Origin: Dendrobates tinctorius
Taxonomy: Eukaryota
Assembly (NCBI RefSeq): GCF_039654945.1
Contig: NW_027361705.1
Coordinates: 16,864,001-16,928,000 of the forward strand
DNA: 64,000 nucleotides
Reading direction: 5' to 3'
Below the pieces are notes generated by a model. The model did no database searches. It was not told the DNA's origin and saw only the letters and a list, made by a program, of their open reading frames with translations. Every line of letters begins with the position of its first letter. Within the stretch, counting starts at the first letter, position 1. Both the position numbers and the translations under genes were made by a program. Shown here one piece after another: positions 14,201 to 26,957 of this stretch.

Positions 14201-15413
14201 TGTAGTAGCCCACCCTCAGGTAAGGAGGGATCATCACCCAGGACTCCTAACAGCACTCAACACATACATTAGCTAGTCAGGGCACCTGGGCGTACCCTTT
14301 GGGAGGATGGCCTCATCCCAGACTGGCTAGGAAAGGGTGTGGGGGTTGTGTAGAAGGTAGGTAGAGTGGGAGGTGCTTAGGTAGTGGAGTGATAGTTGGG
14401 CATCCAATCAGAGTGAGAAAGGTGACAGTTGGGGGGAGGAGCTAGTTCTGAGGTAAAGAGATCTTTCCAGAAACTAGTTAGTCGGTGACAGGACCAGCGA
14501 GAGAGCAGGATTGCTGTGCTGTAGAGGAGGGTGGGTGGAAGTGAGAGAAACATCTTGTCCACGCTCCTGGATTGGGAAGAAGGGGTCCTGGGGCACGGGT
14601 AGTGCGACTGGCCACCCGTGAGGCCCGCATCCTGGAAGGGAAGGACCAGGCCAGAATGAGGGAGCCGGCCCCTGAAGCTAGTGGAGGACTACAGGACTCA
14701 GTTGGGAAGCCGGAGGCTGAGGTAACTTTAAGTGCCTCAGCCACTGCCACAAGCACCCTCCAAAAGGCAGCAGTATGAGTAACGGACCTCGAGGCCTGAC
14801 CCACGTCGCCTGAGGAGATCCGTGGCTGCCAGCTGGGGGCACTACTTGTGAAGGCGCAGGGCAGGGAAAGTAAGAAGAATTCAGCGCACAGACACGGCCT
14901 TGAGAGAGACACGAGGAGTCCTGAAAGGTGTACCCAATCTGCCTGGGAGTCTGCCGGACCCCTCCCTCGGAGGACGCAGCACTAAGTGGACCAACGTGTA
15001 CACGAAACTTGTGAATAAAAACCCAGAAACTGCACCTAACTGTGTCCTTGGAGTTATTTTACAACTGCCTTCCTCACACTGCAAACACCATCACTATCAC
15101 TGGCTCAACTGCCCTGGGACACAGCTATACCTGTGGAGAGCTTTACCATCCTCGCTGCCCTAGCACCGTCCCAGAGGATCTGCAGAGCAGCGTCGGCTTA
15201 ACACCTGTATTGCCGAATACCACAGGAGGCGTCACGAATCCCCTTTTCCCCTACAACTATCCTACCATCTTCCCCTTCATCTGCACTTCCATCAACTACA
15301 TCTGGACGCCCAGGGCCACGGACCGGGTCACTAGCACCACTGTGACACACTTCCCCTGTAAAAGAGCCTGACCGGCCCGGTACCGAGTACTCCCAGCCCT
15401 GGGGGGCATTCCA
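11278..15413 (+). mobile_element. Non-autonomous LTR retrotransposon (LTRs 11278-12538 and 14147-15413, ~1.6-kb internal region lacking pol)
   Basis: Two ~1.26-kb direct repeats TG...CA. 4-bp TSD GCTC (11274-11277, 15414-15417). PBS at 12542-12562. PPT gagggggggta at 14136-14146. No recognisable gag or pol motifs inside. Confidence 0.92.
12542..12562 (+). promoter_or_regulatory. Primer binding site, tRNA-Ser(CGA)-like
   Basis: tggcatcacgacgaacaggat lies 3 nt after the 5' LTR. It matches TGGCGTCACGAACAGGAT, the complement of a vertebrate tRNA-Ser(CGA) 3' end as recalled, with one substitution and a 3-nt duplication. Confidence 0.65.
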
Positions 15414-15551
15414 GCTCCACTGCAGCCGGAGGGGAATGGGAGACAGCAGATGGCACGGCTCGGGATTTCCGCTGTGCAGCGCCCGGAACCCTACGCCTAA
15501 CACTTATAAACTAAACTTATACTGTAATTTTAGAATACTCCATAAACTTAA

Positions 15552-15992
15552 AGGGTTTTTTTATTTTTTTCACTTTAGAGTTAATAACTATCTGCTTGCT
15601 CTGCCCTACAACAATCCTTTTCCAGCTTAGCTGATGATTATCTAGCGATTCTTCTTTTGACCATACATCAACATAGCAGGTTTTCTCTTCTAGTCTGCCT
15701 TGCTGTCCAGACATCATTGCCGATGTCATGCTGATTTAGAGGCAGCTCCCCGCAGTTAGGCAGTAAAGAGCTGGCGATCAAGCAGCATGACATCAATAGT
15801 GACATCCATGTTGACAGAGCAGAATGGAAGTGAAAGAGCCATTCTGTCTATGTGACATCACGTGAAGCAGGAAAATAAATGGAAGGAGCCAGAGAGATCA
15901 GTGAAGAAAAGAACAGGCAGGTAGTTAGTAACTACCTGCCATTAAGTTCTTAACACCATAGCAAAACAACTCCAAAGTCTCAGATAACCCCT
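15552..15992. mobile_element. T2/Kolobok-type MITE
   Basis: TTAA|AGGG...CCCT|TTAA ends with diverged internal inverted arms. Confidence 0.6.
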
Positions 15993-16980
15993 TTAATACT
16001 CCCAAATATATACCTATTACTTTTTATTGATCATAACATTTCCTTGATTACTGTCACCTATTTTTTTACTAGCTCCAGATGAAATTTGCCTAATAATGCA
16101 TGTGTATATAAAGTTTGTGGTTTTAAGTCCTGCCTAAGTTAATCTAAGAACGAGTTGGGCCCACCCCCCAAGGATGCAGAGAAGTCATACTGGTACACAG
16201 TGAACTTTTCCAGAATAAGACATAACATTTTAAGTCTAGCTACATTACTTTTGACTTACAAAGTGAAAGATTTTCTAAAAATCAAAGTACCGTAATTTGC
16301 AATTTAGAGAATTAATAGAATCAATAAAGAACACAATTTTTAAAGCTTACAACTGTATGCACATTACCTGGTTTTGGGGTATTTCTCCAGCTCTCTCCTT
16401 GCCTTCTGAAAATGCCTATTTTTTCTTTACATGTCTTCTTAGTGGGCAGGCTTTACTAGATGTAATATCGAACCCTATACAAGTGCAAGGATCTGATGGT
16501 AACGAAGATCAGAGAATAATGTGAAGAGTAACACCTATGTTATACATTTCACAGTGTAAAGGGATATTTTGAGTATGTACATTTATGTTATATGTTTCTA
16601 ATACTTATAAAGTGTCTGATAGGTCAGAATTCTACTACTGGCATTCTCATCTACTGGGACAGCGGGTTCCCACAAGCACCTTCATCTCTTCATTAAAGTG
16701 TAAAGAATTGTGGAAACAGCTGAGTCTCTGCATTTAGTTTATCCTGTATCGTACACATGTGGGAACTATCCTATTTTCCCAATGGGTAGTGGTTGCTTTT
16801 GCTTTCTTCTCCACTTATTTTCACTTTGGATTGTATAAAATATGAAAAATTATATTTTCAAAAAAAATCCCACAATATTTTCCATGCATTTTAAAAATGA
16901 AATTATTTCAATGTTGCATTATTAAATTTTCATCTCAAAGGTTTTGTGAAAATCTCCAAGAAACTTTTTTTTGCCATGAT

Positions 16981-17258
16981 TAGAGATGAGTAAACCCGAG
17001 CTTTAAAGTTTGGGGTTCATACCGGACACTTAGAGTCTCCCAGAAGTCCATTTTAATGTTTGGAGTTCCAGAGGAAGTTGGGGAGAAGTGATAGCAAGAG
17101 AAAGAAAAATAATTCCCCAGTCTTCATACTTTTCAATGTGGTTTGGGTTGAGGTTCGAGTTCGAGTAAAGTTCTGATACCCGAACCAAACTTTGAACATA
17201 AAGTTTGGTCGGGTACAAGAACCTGAACTTCTATGGATCAGATCATCTCTCATCCCAT
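16981..17258. mobile_element. Short hAT-type MITE (TAGAGATGAG family), degenerate
   Basis: Starts tagagatgagtaaacccgag. Colinear with the copies at 40045-40326 and 51172-51432. Confidence 0.6.
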
Positions 17259-17420
17259 GTTCCTTAGGATTCCATACTATGGAGGTATTTTTTGTTAGAA
17301 ATATTTATTCTAGTGGAAAATATGTTGAGCTAAAGGCACAATACAGCAGTGTACAGACTGCCCACAAGACCATAATAAAAGCCAATAAGAAAATTATGAG
17401 TGATTGTACAGAGGGCATCA

Positions 17421-18775
17421 CCCCTTAATGCAAGATAATATACCCATTTACTGGATGTGGATCCTGGAGGATGGTGAGCGGACTGCAATGTATGTCCTAC
17501 GAGCTACGAGCTTTTCGGATGTTGGGCATAATAGTACGCCCACGTCGGAATCCCTCCCTTTGATTTGGGCTCTGGCCGTGAGCCCACATGTTACCCAGCA
17601 CATGTCAGGTGTTTTGAACAGCTGACATGTGCCCGGAACAGCTGCTGGTGGAAACATGATACACCCGCGGCTATTAACCCATTAAATGCCGCTGTAAAAT
17701 GCTGAAACGGCATTTAACATGTGCTTCCGACAATCATGCCAGAGATCTGACATCGGTTACCCTTGTCACATGATCTTGGGTCACCGATGGGTTATCATGA
17801 CAACCAAAGGTCTCCTGCAGACCTCCATTGTTCTCAATGCCAGGTTGCTATGAGCTCTGCCCACTGGTGAACACTCATATCATGTCAGCATTTCTGCTAC
17901 ATACAGGTTGATCTGATCATCGCCTGTATGTAGCAGAGCCGATTGGGTTATGGCAGCTTCTAGTCTCCCATGGAGACTATTGATACATGCAAAAGTAAAA
18001 AAAAAGTTTTTAAAATTGTAAACATATGCAAAACATATACAAGTTCAAATCACCGCCCTTTTGCCACATTCAACATAAAATAAAAAAAATCAAACATACA
18101 CATATTTGATATGGCCACATTCAGAATTGCCCAATCTATCAATAAAAAAGGATTAACCTGATCGCTAAACGGCGTAGCGAGAAAAAGGTCAAAATGCCAG
18201 AATTAAGTTATTTTGGTCGCTGCGACATTGCATTAAAATGCAATGACGGATGATCAAAAGATTGTATCTGCACCAAAATGACATCATTAAAAACATCAGC
18301 TCGGCGCGCAAAAAATAAACCCTCACCCAACCTGAGATCACAAAAATGGAGATGGTATGGGTATTGGAGAAAGCTCATTTTATTTTTACAAAGTTTGTAA
18401 TATTTTTCACCACTTTGAAAAAAGAGTACCTAGACATGTTTGGTGTCTATGAACTCGAAATGACCTGGAGAATCATAATAGCAGGTCAGATTTAGCATTT
18501 GCATTTTAGGTTCACCTAGTAAAAAAGCAAAACTAAAAACAAGTGTGCGATTGCACTTTTTTTGCAATTTCATCGCACTTGGAATTTCTTTTTCCCATTT
18601 TCCAGTACACAGCATGTAAAAACCAATGGTGTCTTTGAAAAGTACAACTCCTCCCACAATAAATGAAACCCTTACATGGCCATATTGACAGAAAAATAAA
18701 AAAGTTATGGCTCTGGGAAGAAAGGTAGTAAAAGATGAAAAAACAAAAACAAGAATACCTCCGGTCATGATGGCG
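17421..18775 (+). mobile_element. Degenerate non-autonomous TTAA-type (piggyBac-like, CCCCTT ends) element
   Basis: Begins cccctt and ends ...ggcg|ttaa. 17430-18350 is homologous to the reverse complement of 50152-50999. Confidence 0.5.
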
Positions 18776-18865
18776 TTAAAGGATCTGGGAATGTTTAGCA
18801 TGCAATAAAGAAGGCCAAGAGAAGACATAACAGCTGTGTAGTGTAGAGGGATCATCCTCATTCTC

Positions 18866-19137
18866 ATTTGAACATGGAAACACGAGAAGCAATGAAATGA
18901 AACTGAAAAGGAGAAGATACAGATAATATATTAGAAAACACTTTTTGATAGTGAGGGTGATCAATGAGGGGAACAGGCTGCCACGAGAGGTGGTGAGTTC
19001 TCCTTCAATGGAACTCTTCAAACAGAGGCTGGACAGACATCTATCTGAGATGGTTTAGTGAATCCTGCATTGAGCAGGGGGTTGGACCAGATGACCATTG
19101 AGGTCCCTTCCCACTCTAATATTCTATTATTCTGTGA
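18866..19137 (+). mobile_element. CR1 LINE 3' fragment
   Basis: CR1 C-terminal coding tail, 3'UTR ending gaggtcccttcc...ctcta, and ATTCTRTG-like terminal repeats (attctattattctgtga). Confidence 0.85.
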
Positions 19138-19167
19138 GGCAAGGGGAGTCTTTTTTACCCTATAGAC

Positions 19168-19350
19168 CAGTGTTTCCAAAACTAGTCCTCAGGGCTCCTA
19201 ATGTGTCATGCTTTTCAGGATTTCCATAGCATTTCACAGGTGAGAGAATTCCTGATGTCTTGACGATACTTCCATCACCTGTACAATACTATGGAAATCC
19301 TGAAAACATGATATGTTGGGGGCCATGAAGATGGAGTCTGGGAAACACCG
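19168..19350. mobile_element. hAT (Charlie-like) MITE
   Basis: TIR cagtgtttccaaaact / agtctgggaaacaccg with inverted internal arms. Degenerate 8-bp TSD ctatagac / cttttgac. Confidence 0.65.
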
Positions 19351-21467
19351 CTTTTGACTTCAACAATGCACATACCAAAAGTGGGTCTTAATTGTATGCA
19401 AATTAGCATTTTGGAGACAGACAAAATGTACTGCAATACAGAACAATTCCATTGAATCATACTGAAGATTAGGTTTTCAAGTGGAATCAAACAGACTGAA
19501 GAAAAAAGGTATTGCACAATGTTTCACGATATTGAAAAAGATGCAAAACAACTTTCCCACTTATAAAAATGCCTAATTATGTTGAAAAAGTACATGTAAT
19601 TGCTATCATAAAGACCTTATATTATTTCTTCACTCAAAAATTCATGCAGTAAAGATTAAAAAACAACCAAAATTGTTCAGTTTATATTACCTAAAAAAAG
19701 ATTTAAATAGAAGTTATCACCAGATATTTGCTACTCTACTTGATAACAGCATGATGTAGGGGCAAAGTTTATGATTCCATCGATGTATTAATTTGAGGAT
19801 TGCTTCCTGCGGTTTGGCTAAAATCACAGTTTTATCTTCTGCATATCTAGCAGTTCTCTGAATGTTGGGCTTTGTAGAACCTCAGCTTCTCCCCCGATTG
19901 GCAGTTTTCTCGGTAAACTCTGCATAGGCAGAGAGTTGTCAAACAGTGGTGGCAGTTCCCTTGGACTACATGACAACAAGTTTACTAATTCTCTTCTGAT
20001 AATCTCCTGCTGATAAAAAAAGCAATTTAATCAGAATTGTTCTAAGCAGCCCAGTACAAGACACATCGCTGGAATCAGGGTCTCTATCTCCACATTATGC
20101 TGCTCTCAGATTAGGTGGCAAAAACCTGATGACATAGTCCCTTTAAATAAACCACAAAAAAAACATCCCTTGCATAATTCTGTTGGCAATAGAAAAAGAA
20201 AAAAAGTTTTGTCTTTCAATATATGGTGACACGCTGGTTTTTATTCTGGGGATAAAAAAGTAATTTTACTTAAAACATAAAAAACTGAAAAAAAAAAGAA
20301 GAAAAAAAAAAAGAAAAGGAAAAAAAAAAAAAAACAAAAAAAAACTATACATCAGTGGTGTTAATGGAATGGTATTGATGTGCAGAATAAAGTTAACATG
20401 TCAGACACACCACAAGGTAAAAGAAAAAAAAATCTAAAATGCAATTCTAGAATTACTGTTTTTTATACAAAAAGCTGTCTGCACCACAATGTGCTACTAA
20501 TGAAAAGTGAAACTTGCCCGGCAAATAGCAAGCCCCACACTGCTCCCTCAGAATGGTGTCACCTGGACTTGTACAGAAGTACTATAGCAAAGCAGACAAA
20601 AAGATTTACAATTTTGTATCCCATAAATGTACTGCGCATAAAAAGAATAAAAAGGAAAATATTATTTATAGTGCACAGTGAACAGAGCATGATGTTTTAC
20701 AGCACAAAAAAATACAATGGCAAAATTGCTGTATTCAGCTAATAATGAATTAAGTATTATTCTACATTTTTCATACTAAACACTAGAATAGTATGCATAA
20801 AAAACGGTAATATTATAACAAAAAGTAGACTGGAAATGTATCTGCAGGAATGGTAAATCCACATGGTGCCTTGTGATTACTAAGAATTGGGAGAGGGTTT
20901 AAGATTGCTTCTAAAAGACAATGGCTGGTTACACAGCACCGACTGCAGGATAATTGTAACTCATAGGACAGAATTAGTTAGGCGCACATTATAGAGTTTA
21001 TTATACCTCCGGCTTTATACCTCTGACCCCAAGATTTTCTGAATTCTCTTTATATAACGCCAACATACTGCAATTATGCAAGTGCAAATTACCACTTAGG
21101 AAAGACGCAAAGGAATGCATTGCTACATAAAAATATCCAAACTCAATAAGAACTGCAGCGAGAAGTCACGTTAGGCTGTCTGATTCTGTGAACAAACATG
21201 TACGGCATTGGTTTATACACTTTTATTAAATGAGCTGAGAAAGTGTGAGATCTGCCCAAGATAAAGGCTCATTCAGATGTCCGTGCCAACCGTTCCAAGA
21301 TGAAACTGCAATGTCCGGACTGGCTGTGGCTCTCCTAACGCGAGTGTGACAGTGTAAGAAGTCAAGAAGCTGCCTACAACCTCTTTGAAGTTCTTATGGT
21401 TACATAATGCATTGCCATGCTTTAAATGTTGTTTTGTCTGGTTTGTGTTCTGCAACCGTGGGACAGC

Positions 21468-21937
21468 TGCAGAGAGGGTTAACTATTGGAGCCAGCACAG
21501 GATGGGAGGATCTATGTGAAACCTAGTTGCTGTTGTTAGGAGGATAGAGAAGAGCGTTGAGAAGTAGAAGGGCCTACGGTCCCTTTTCTCGCAGACGTGC
21601 ATTGAAAAAGGTGTTTGTGTGCCAAAAAGGGGGAAATATATATTGGCTAACATGTTCTGAAGGAAAAAAGAACCAAGCAGCAGAAGGAATTATCTCAGGC
21701 AAGAAGGCCTAATGGAAGGACTAAGTGGAAGGATTATTCTTTAACTATTATAGATAATGTTTGCTGATCCTCCTTCCACACAAACACTCTTTTCAATGAA
21801 ACTGAGAGCAAAAGAGCCATAGGTCTTTCTACTTTTCAATACTCTTCCCTATCTCCCTAAAAACAGGAAGTGAGGTCCTTTGTACCCATGTAACTCCTCC
21901 CATCCTGGGCTGGCCACCATAGTTAATCCTGTCTGCA
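21468..21937. repeat. Degenerate foldback element (~155-bp inverted arms)
   Basis: gcagagagggttaactat...cattgaaaaaggtgtttgtgtg pairs with cacacaaacactcttttcaatg...atagttaatcctgtctgc. Confidence 0.6.
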
Positions 21938-23578
21938 CCTAACACACTTATTATTATTAAAGTATTAAAAAAGCCAATAATATGTACCCAATACTATGAG
22001 GATATCTATATGTCAATTTTAAAAAATGGATGGTATATATCCGCTTAGTTAGTGAATGGTGGACCATTCGAAAGAACGATGAAAACCAAAAGAGGAAGCC
22101 AAATCTGCGATTATGAATAATATGGGACAAGAAGTTATAATTAAAATACCTTTATTATCAATTAGTAAGAGGTAGCACCGCATACAAAAAGGTGTCCGCA
22201 CCATGTGATAAAAAAAAAAATATATACATCTATATAGTAATAAAATAAAATAGATTACCAAGAACCAGCCCAAACCAATGTAAGAATAATTGGAGTATAT
22301 ATTGTTTAACATTTGCATATATACCCTATCATAATTCTAAAGTGCCATATATCAAAAAGAGCACAGTGTGCCCAAAAAGGTTTTGAACATCAGTATATTG
22401 CAAAATGCCAAAATTCAAAGTGCAAAATAGTGCATAGAATTAAATGATTGATTTACATAATCAAGATTACAAAATTCAACAAAAACCAGCAGTGATAAAT
22501 ATAATCATAAATGGTGAAAAAGGAAATGTGTTGCAGTGTTCTACAAGTGACCACATCTATATGTGATAAAAATAAAACATATCCATACACTGTGAATGAG
22601 TGAAGATAATGGGCAAATTTATAGTAGTATATAGAACAATAGAGCGCTCAATGAGTGCTAGGTACCTTAGTCTATATCACACCACCTCACAGGATTGAAA
22701 AAAAAACAACAAAAAAAAAACAATACAATTGCTAAAAACAGGAAGGTGTGTGATAGATATATAAAGTACAAAAAATGCTAATGTAATCCAAGGGCACTAT
22801 AAAATATTGCACAATGATAATAGACACAAATTTTACCTGATCAAATGGCAGGGAGAGGTTCAGGTGTGGCGCACACCCCGATGCGTGTTTCGGACTGTGC
22901 CCTTCATACATTTAACTTTTTTCAGAAAAAATTTACTTTAGATCCCAATTTTTTTATTTTCACAAGGGTAACGGGAAAAAATTGACCTGAAAATTTGTTG
23001 CTAAATTTCTCGTAAGCATGTGTCACGGGGGCTTAGTTCAACTAAGGCTGAAATACCCGGGGCCCCTGTGGTGTCCCTTTTACTAGGGGAAACCCTGTCT
23101 GACCTTCAACCCAGGGTTTTTGCTGAAGGTGCAAATGCCTGAGCCTCCGACCTTTCCTTATCTCCTGCTCAGCCCTGCACTTAACCCTCCACCCTCCACC
23201 CAGTGAGGAGTCACACCACCAAAGCTCCCACACAAATAATGACAGACAGGGAGAACTTAAACTGCACTGCGCCGCACCCACACAGGAATAAACAGTAATG
23301 TGAACAGGGCACAACTAAACACAAATATGGGAAGGAGAAAGGATAACGACGGATCATACGACACCAGATATGAATCTCTCTCTCTTGAACACCTCCACTC
23401 CAGACCGGAACCACTTGGTATGAAACACAAGCTATAATCGTCGACGCCCATATGCCAGTATGACTATTTAAAGACCGTGGGCGTGACTAACCTTCCAACC
23501 TGGTCTCCAGCAGGATTAACCCCCGAGAGCCTGAAGATCAAACCGGCTCCACTGAGGCTATAGTGGCTGGAGGTGGAA

Positions 23579-26500
23579 CTACCTCTGCCTGCCGGATGCT
23601 GTGGTGTGAACAGCATCCGACATGACAGTACCCCGTCTTCTACGAGGGACCCCAGGGCCCTCAAGACTCATAGGACCCGGCTTGTCCGGATGACGACGGT
23701 GAAAAGAACTGACCAGCCGATCCGCATGTATGTCTGAGGCTGGAACCCAAGACCTCTCCTCTGGACCATACCCCCGCCAGTGCACCAAATACTGAAGAGT
23801 ACGGCGTACTACTCGAGAGTCCACCACCTTGGCGACCTCGAACTCTAACTCGCCATCCACCATGACTGGAGGTGGCATCGGCGTCGTGTCCACCAAGCCT
23901 ACCACCTTTTTCAATAAAGCCCTGTGAAAAACATTATGTATTCTGTACACCGCAGGAAGTTCCAAACGATAAGCCACTGGGTTAATGATGGCAGAAATCC
24001 TAAAAGGCCCAATAAACCTTGGACCCAGTTTGAAAGATGGGATATTGAGTTTTATGTTCTTCGTAGCTAACCACACCAATTCACCCACACACAGGTCCGG
24101 ACCTGGCACGCGTCTCCTGTCAGCCACCCGTTTGTACCTGGCACTCATGCTCAACAAACGCTGTTTCACCCGCCTCCAGACTGATGACAATTGGGCTCCT
24201 AGCTGATCCTCCTCCGGGACACCCCCGGAGTCACCCTGACGTAAGGTACAAAACTGAGGATGTTGACCGTACACACAAAAGAATGGAGACTCTCCTGATG
24301 ACTCTTGGCGGTGATTATTTAATGCGAATTCGGCCAGAGGAAGGAAAGTAGACCACTCCTCCTGGTTGTCGGACACAAAGCATCGTAAATACTGTTCTAG
24401 ATTTTGGTTCATGCGCTCAGTTTGTCCATTAGACTGTGGATGAAACGCCGATGAATGTGACAACTTGATCCCCAACCTAGAGCAAAAAGCTTTCCAAAAC
24501 CTCGCCACAAATTGCGTACCCCTATCAGATACTATGTCAGACGGTACTCCGTGGAGTCTGACCACCTCCTTCACAAATACCTGAGCCAACGTCTTAGCAT
24601 TGGGCAAAGAGGACAACGCCACAAAATGCGCCATCTTTGAAAAATGGTCAACCACCACCAGGATGACCGTGTTCCCTGCCGAGGCTGGCAAGTCAGTGAT
24701 AAAATCCATGGAGATTTCTGTCCATGGCCTATTGGGTACCCCCAGAGGCTGTAGCGTGCCAGCAGGACGGGTTCGGGGTGACTTAGCCCCAGCGCACGTG
24801 ATGCAAGCTGCCACGTACGAGACCACGTCCTGCCGGATTTTGGGCCACCAGAAACGACGCGATACCAGCTCTAAGGTGCCCTTCACCCCTGGGTGACCAG
24901 CCAGTACCGAATCGTGGTGTTCCTTCAACACCTTAGGCCGAAGATGCAGGGGTACAAATGATTTGTTGGCGGGAAGTCCTGGTGGTACCTCCTCTTGGGC
25001 CTCGGCAATCTCCGCCTCTACCTCAGTCGTGAGAGCCGAGACCACTACCCCTTTCTGGAGGATGGGTACCGGCTCTTCCCGAGGTTCTCCCCCTGGAAAA
25101 CACCTAGACAAAGCATCCGCCTTGGTGTTTTTAGCCCCGGGACGGTACGTCACAAGAAAATTGAAACGAGTAAAAAACAATGCCCAGCGAGCCTGCCTAG
25201 GAGACAGACGCTTGGCCGACTCCAGGTAGAGCAGATTCTTATGGTCGGTGATAACTGTGACCTGGTGAGCCGCCCCCTCCAAGAAGTGTCGCCATTCCTC
25301 AAAAGCCAGTTTGATGGCCAACAACTCCCTGTTGCCGATATCATAATTCCGTTCGGCCGGCGACAGCTTCTTGGAGAAGTAGGCGCATGGATGCATCTCG
25401 CTCAAGGACGAGCCTTGAGACAGTACTGCCCCCACTCCCACCTCCGACGCATCAACCTCTACCACAAAAAGGTTTAGACACGTCTGGTTGCACCAGAATG
25501 GGGGCTGAAGCAAAACTATTCTTCAGACGCTCAAATGCACGTATAGCCACCTCAGGCCAGTTCGCCAGATCGGCACCCTTCTTTGTCATGTCCGTGAGTG
25601 GTTTGGCGACAGTCGAAAAGTGTTTTATAAATTTCCTATAATAATTCGCAAACCCAAGGAACCGCTGGAGTGCTTTCAGACTCTCCGGCCTCTCCCATTG
25701 CAACACTGCTTGCACCTTAGCGGTGTCCATTTTAAAACCGGCTGCGGACACAATATATCCCAAAAAGGGCAACTCCTGGACAAAAAATAAACATTTTTCC
25801 AGCTTAGCATAGAGCTGGTTCTCCTGGAGCAACTGTAACACCTGCCTAACATGCTCCAAATGAGTGTCCCGATCGCTAGAATAAATGAGGATATCATCCA
25901 GGTATACAATCACAAATCTCCCCAGGACATGAGCAAATACATAATTAATAAAATGTTGGAAAACGGCAGGCGCGGTGGTCAACCCAAACGGCATAACCAG
26001 ACTCTCAAAATGACCCTCAGGAGTGTTAAACGCCGTCTTCCACTCATCCCCCTGATGGACCCTTATGAGGTTATACGCCCCCCTGAGGTCCAGCTTGGAA
26101 AACCATTTCGCCCCCGCTACCTGGTTGAACAAATCCGGGATCAACGGCATTGGGTAGGGATCACGGATAGTAATCTGGTTTAACTCTCGGAAATCCAGAC
26201 ACGGGCGTAACCCCCCATCTTTCTTCTTAATGAAGAAAAACCCCGCGGCTACAGGCGAGGACGAAGGCCGGATGTGACCTTTGCTCAGACTCTCCGCGAT
26301 GTAGTCTTTCAGAGCTTGTCTCTCAGGACCAGAAATATTAAACATCCTGGCCTTAGGTAATTTGGCCCCGGGTTTTAACCTAATAGCACAGTCATAGGCT
26401 CTATGTGGAGGCAGTTCTGAGCAACCCTTCTCAGAGAAAACATCCGCGAAATCCTGCAAAGCCTCCGGCAGGCTGGGCGTCACGGCGGACACACATGTGG

Positions 26501-26957
26501 CCAAGCAATTGTCTTGGCAGAAACCACTCCATTGTACTATGTCCTGAGTTTTCCAATCAATTACCGGGTTGTGCCTGGACAGCCATGGAAAACCCAGGAC
26601 CATTTGAGCTGGAAGATTACGGAGGACCCTACATGTAACCGACTCAGAATGTAGGACCCCAATGTGGAGTTTCACCTCTGCCACAAACTCAGTAATCTCC
26701 CCTTGAGGGAGGGGAACAGCATTAATGGTCACCATCTGTATGGGGTGAGGAAGTTTTTCGATCTTAAACCCGGCGGTGTGTGCAAACTCCTCATCTATGA
26801 GATTGGTGGCGGAACCGCTATCCACAAACACTGATATAGGTAGCTCTCTGCCGGCGATAATAACCTTGGCAGGGAGCATACATTGAGATACCATCATGGA
26901 GGATATGCATACGCTCAGTTGGGTCTCCTCCATACCCTCTGAGCTTAACAGTTTTCC
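23579..26957 (-). pseudogene. pol: Pol (protease, RT, RNase H, integrase, chromodomain) with a single 1-nt frameshift
   Basis: VFVDSGS and YLDD lie in 25452-26933. VDAS, HHCC, D,D35E (SMDFI, SDRG, TERMNQ), GPF and YLVHWRGY lie in 23579-25513. The break is at an A5 run at 25466-25470. Pol is in the -1 frame relative to gag. Confidence 0.93.

Larger units (their letters stand above)
10389..15502 (-). mobile_element. Solo LTR (~970 bp) interrupted by a younger LTR element
   Basis: TGTT...AACA termini. 5-bp TSD CTTAT at 10384-10388 and 15503-15507. TATA-like ggctataaaa on the minus strand near 11010. Confidence 0.8.
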
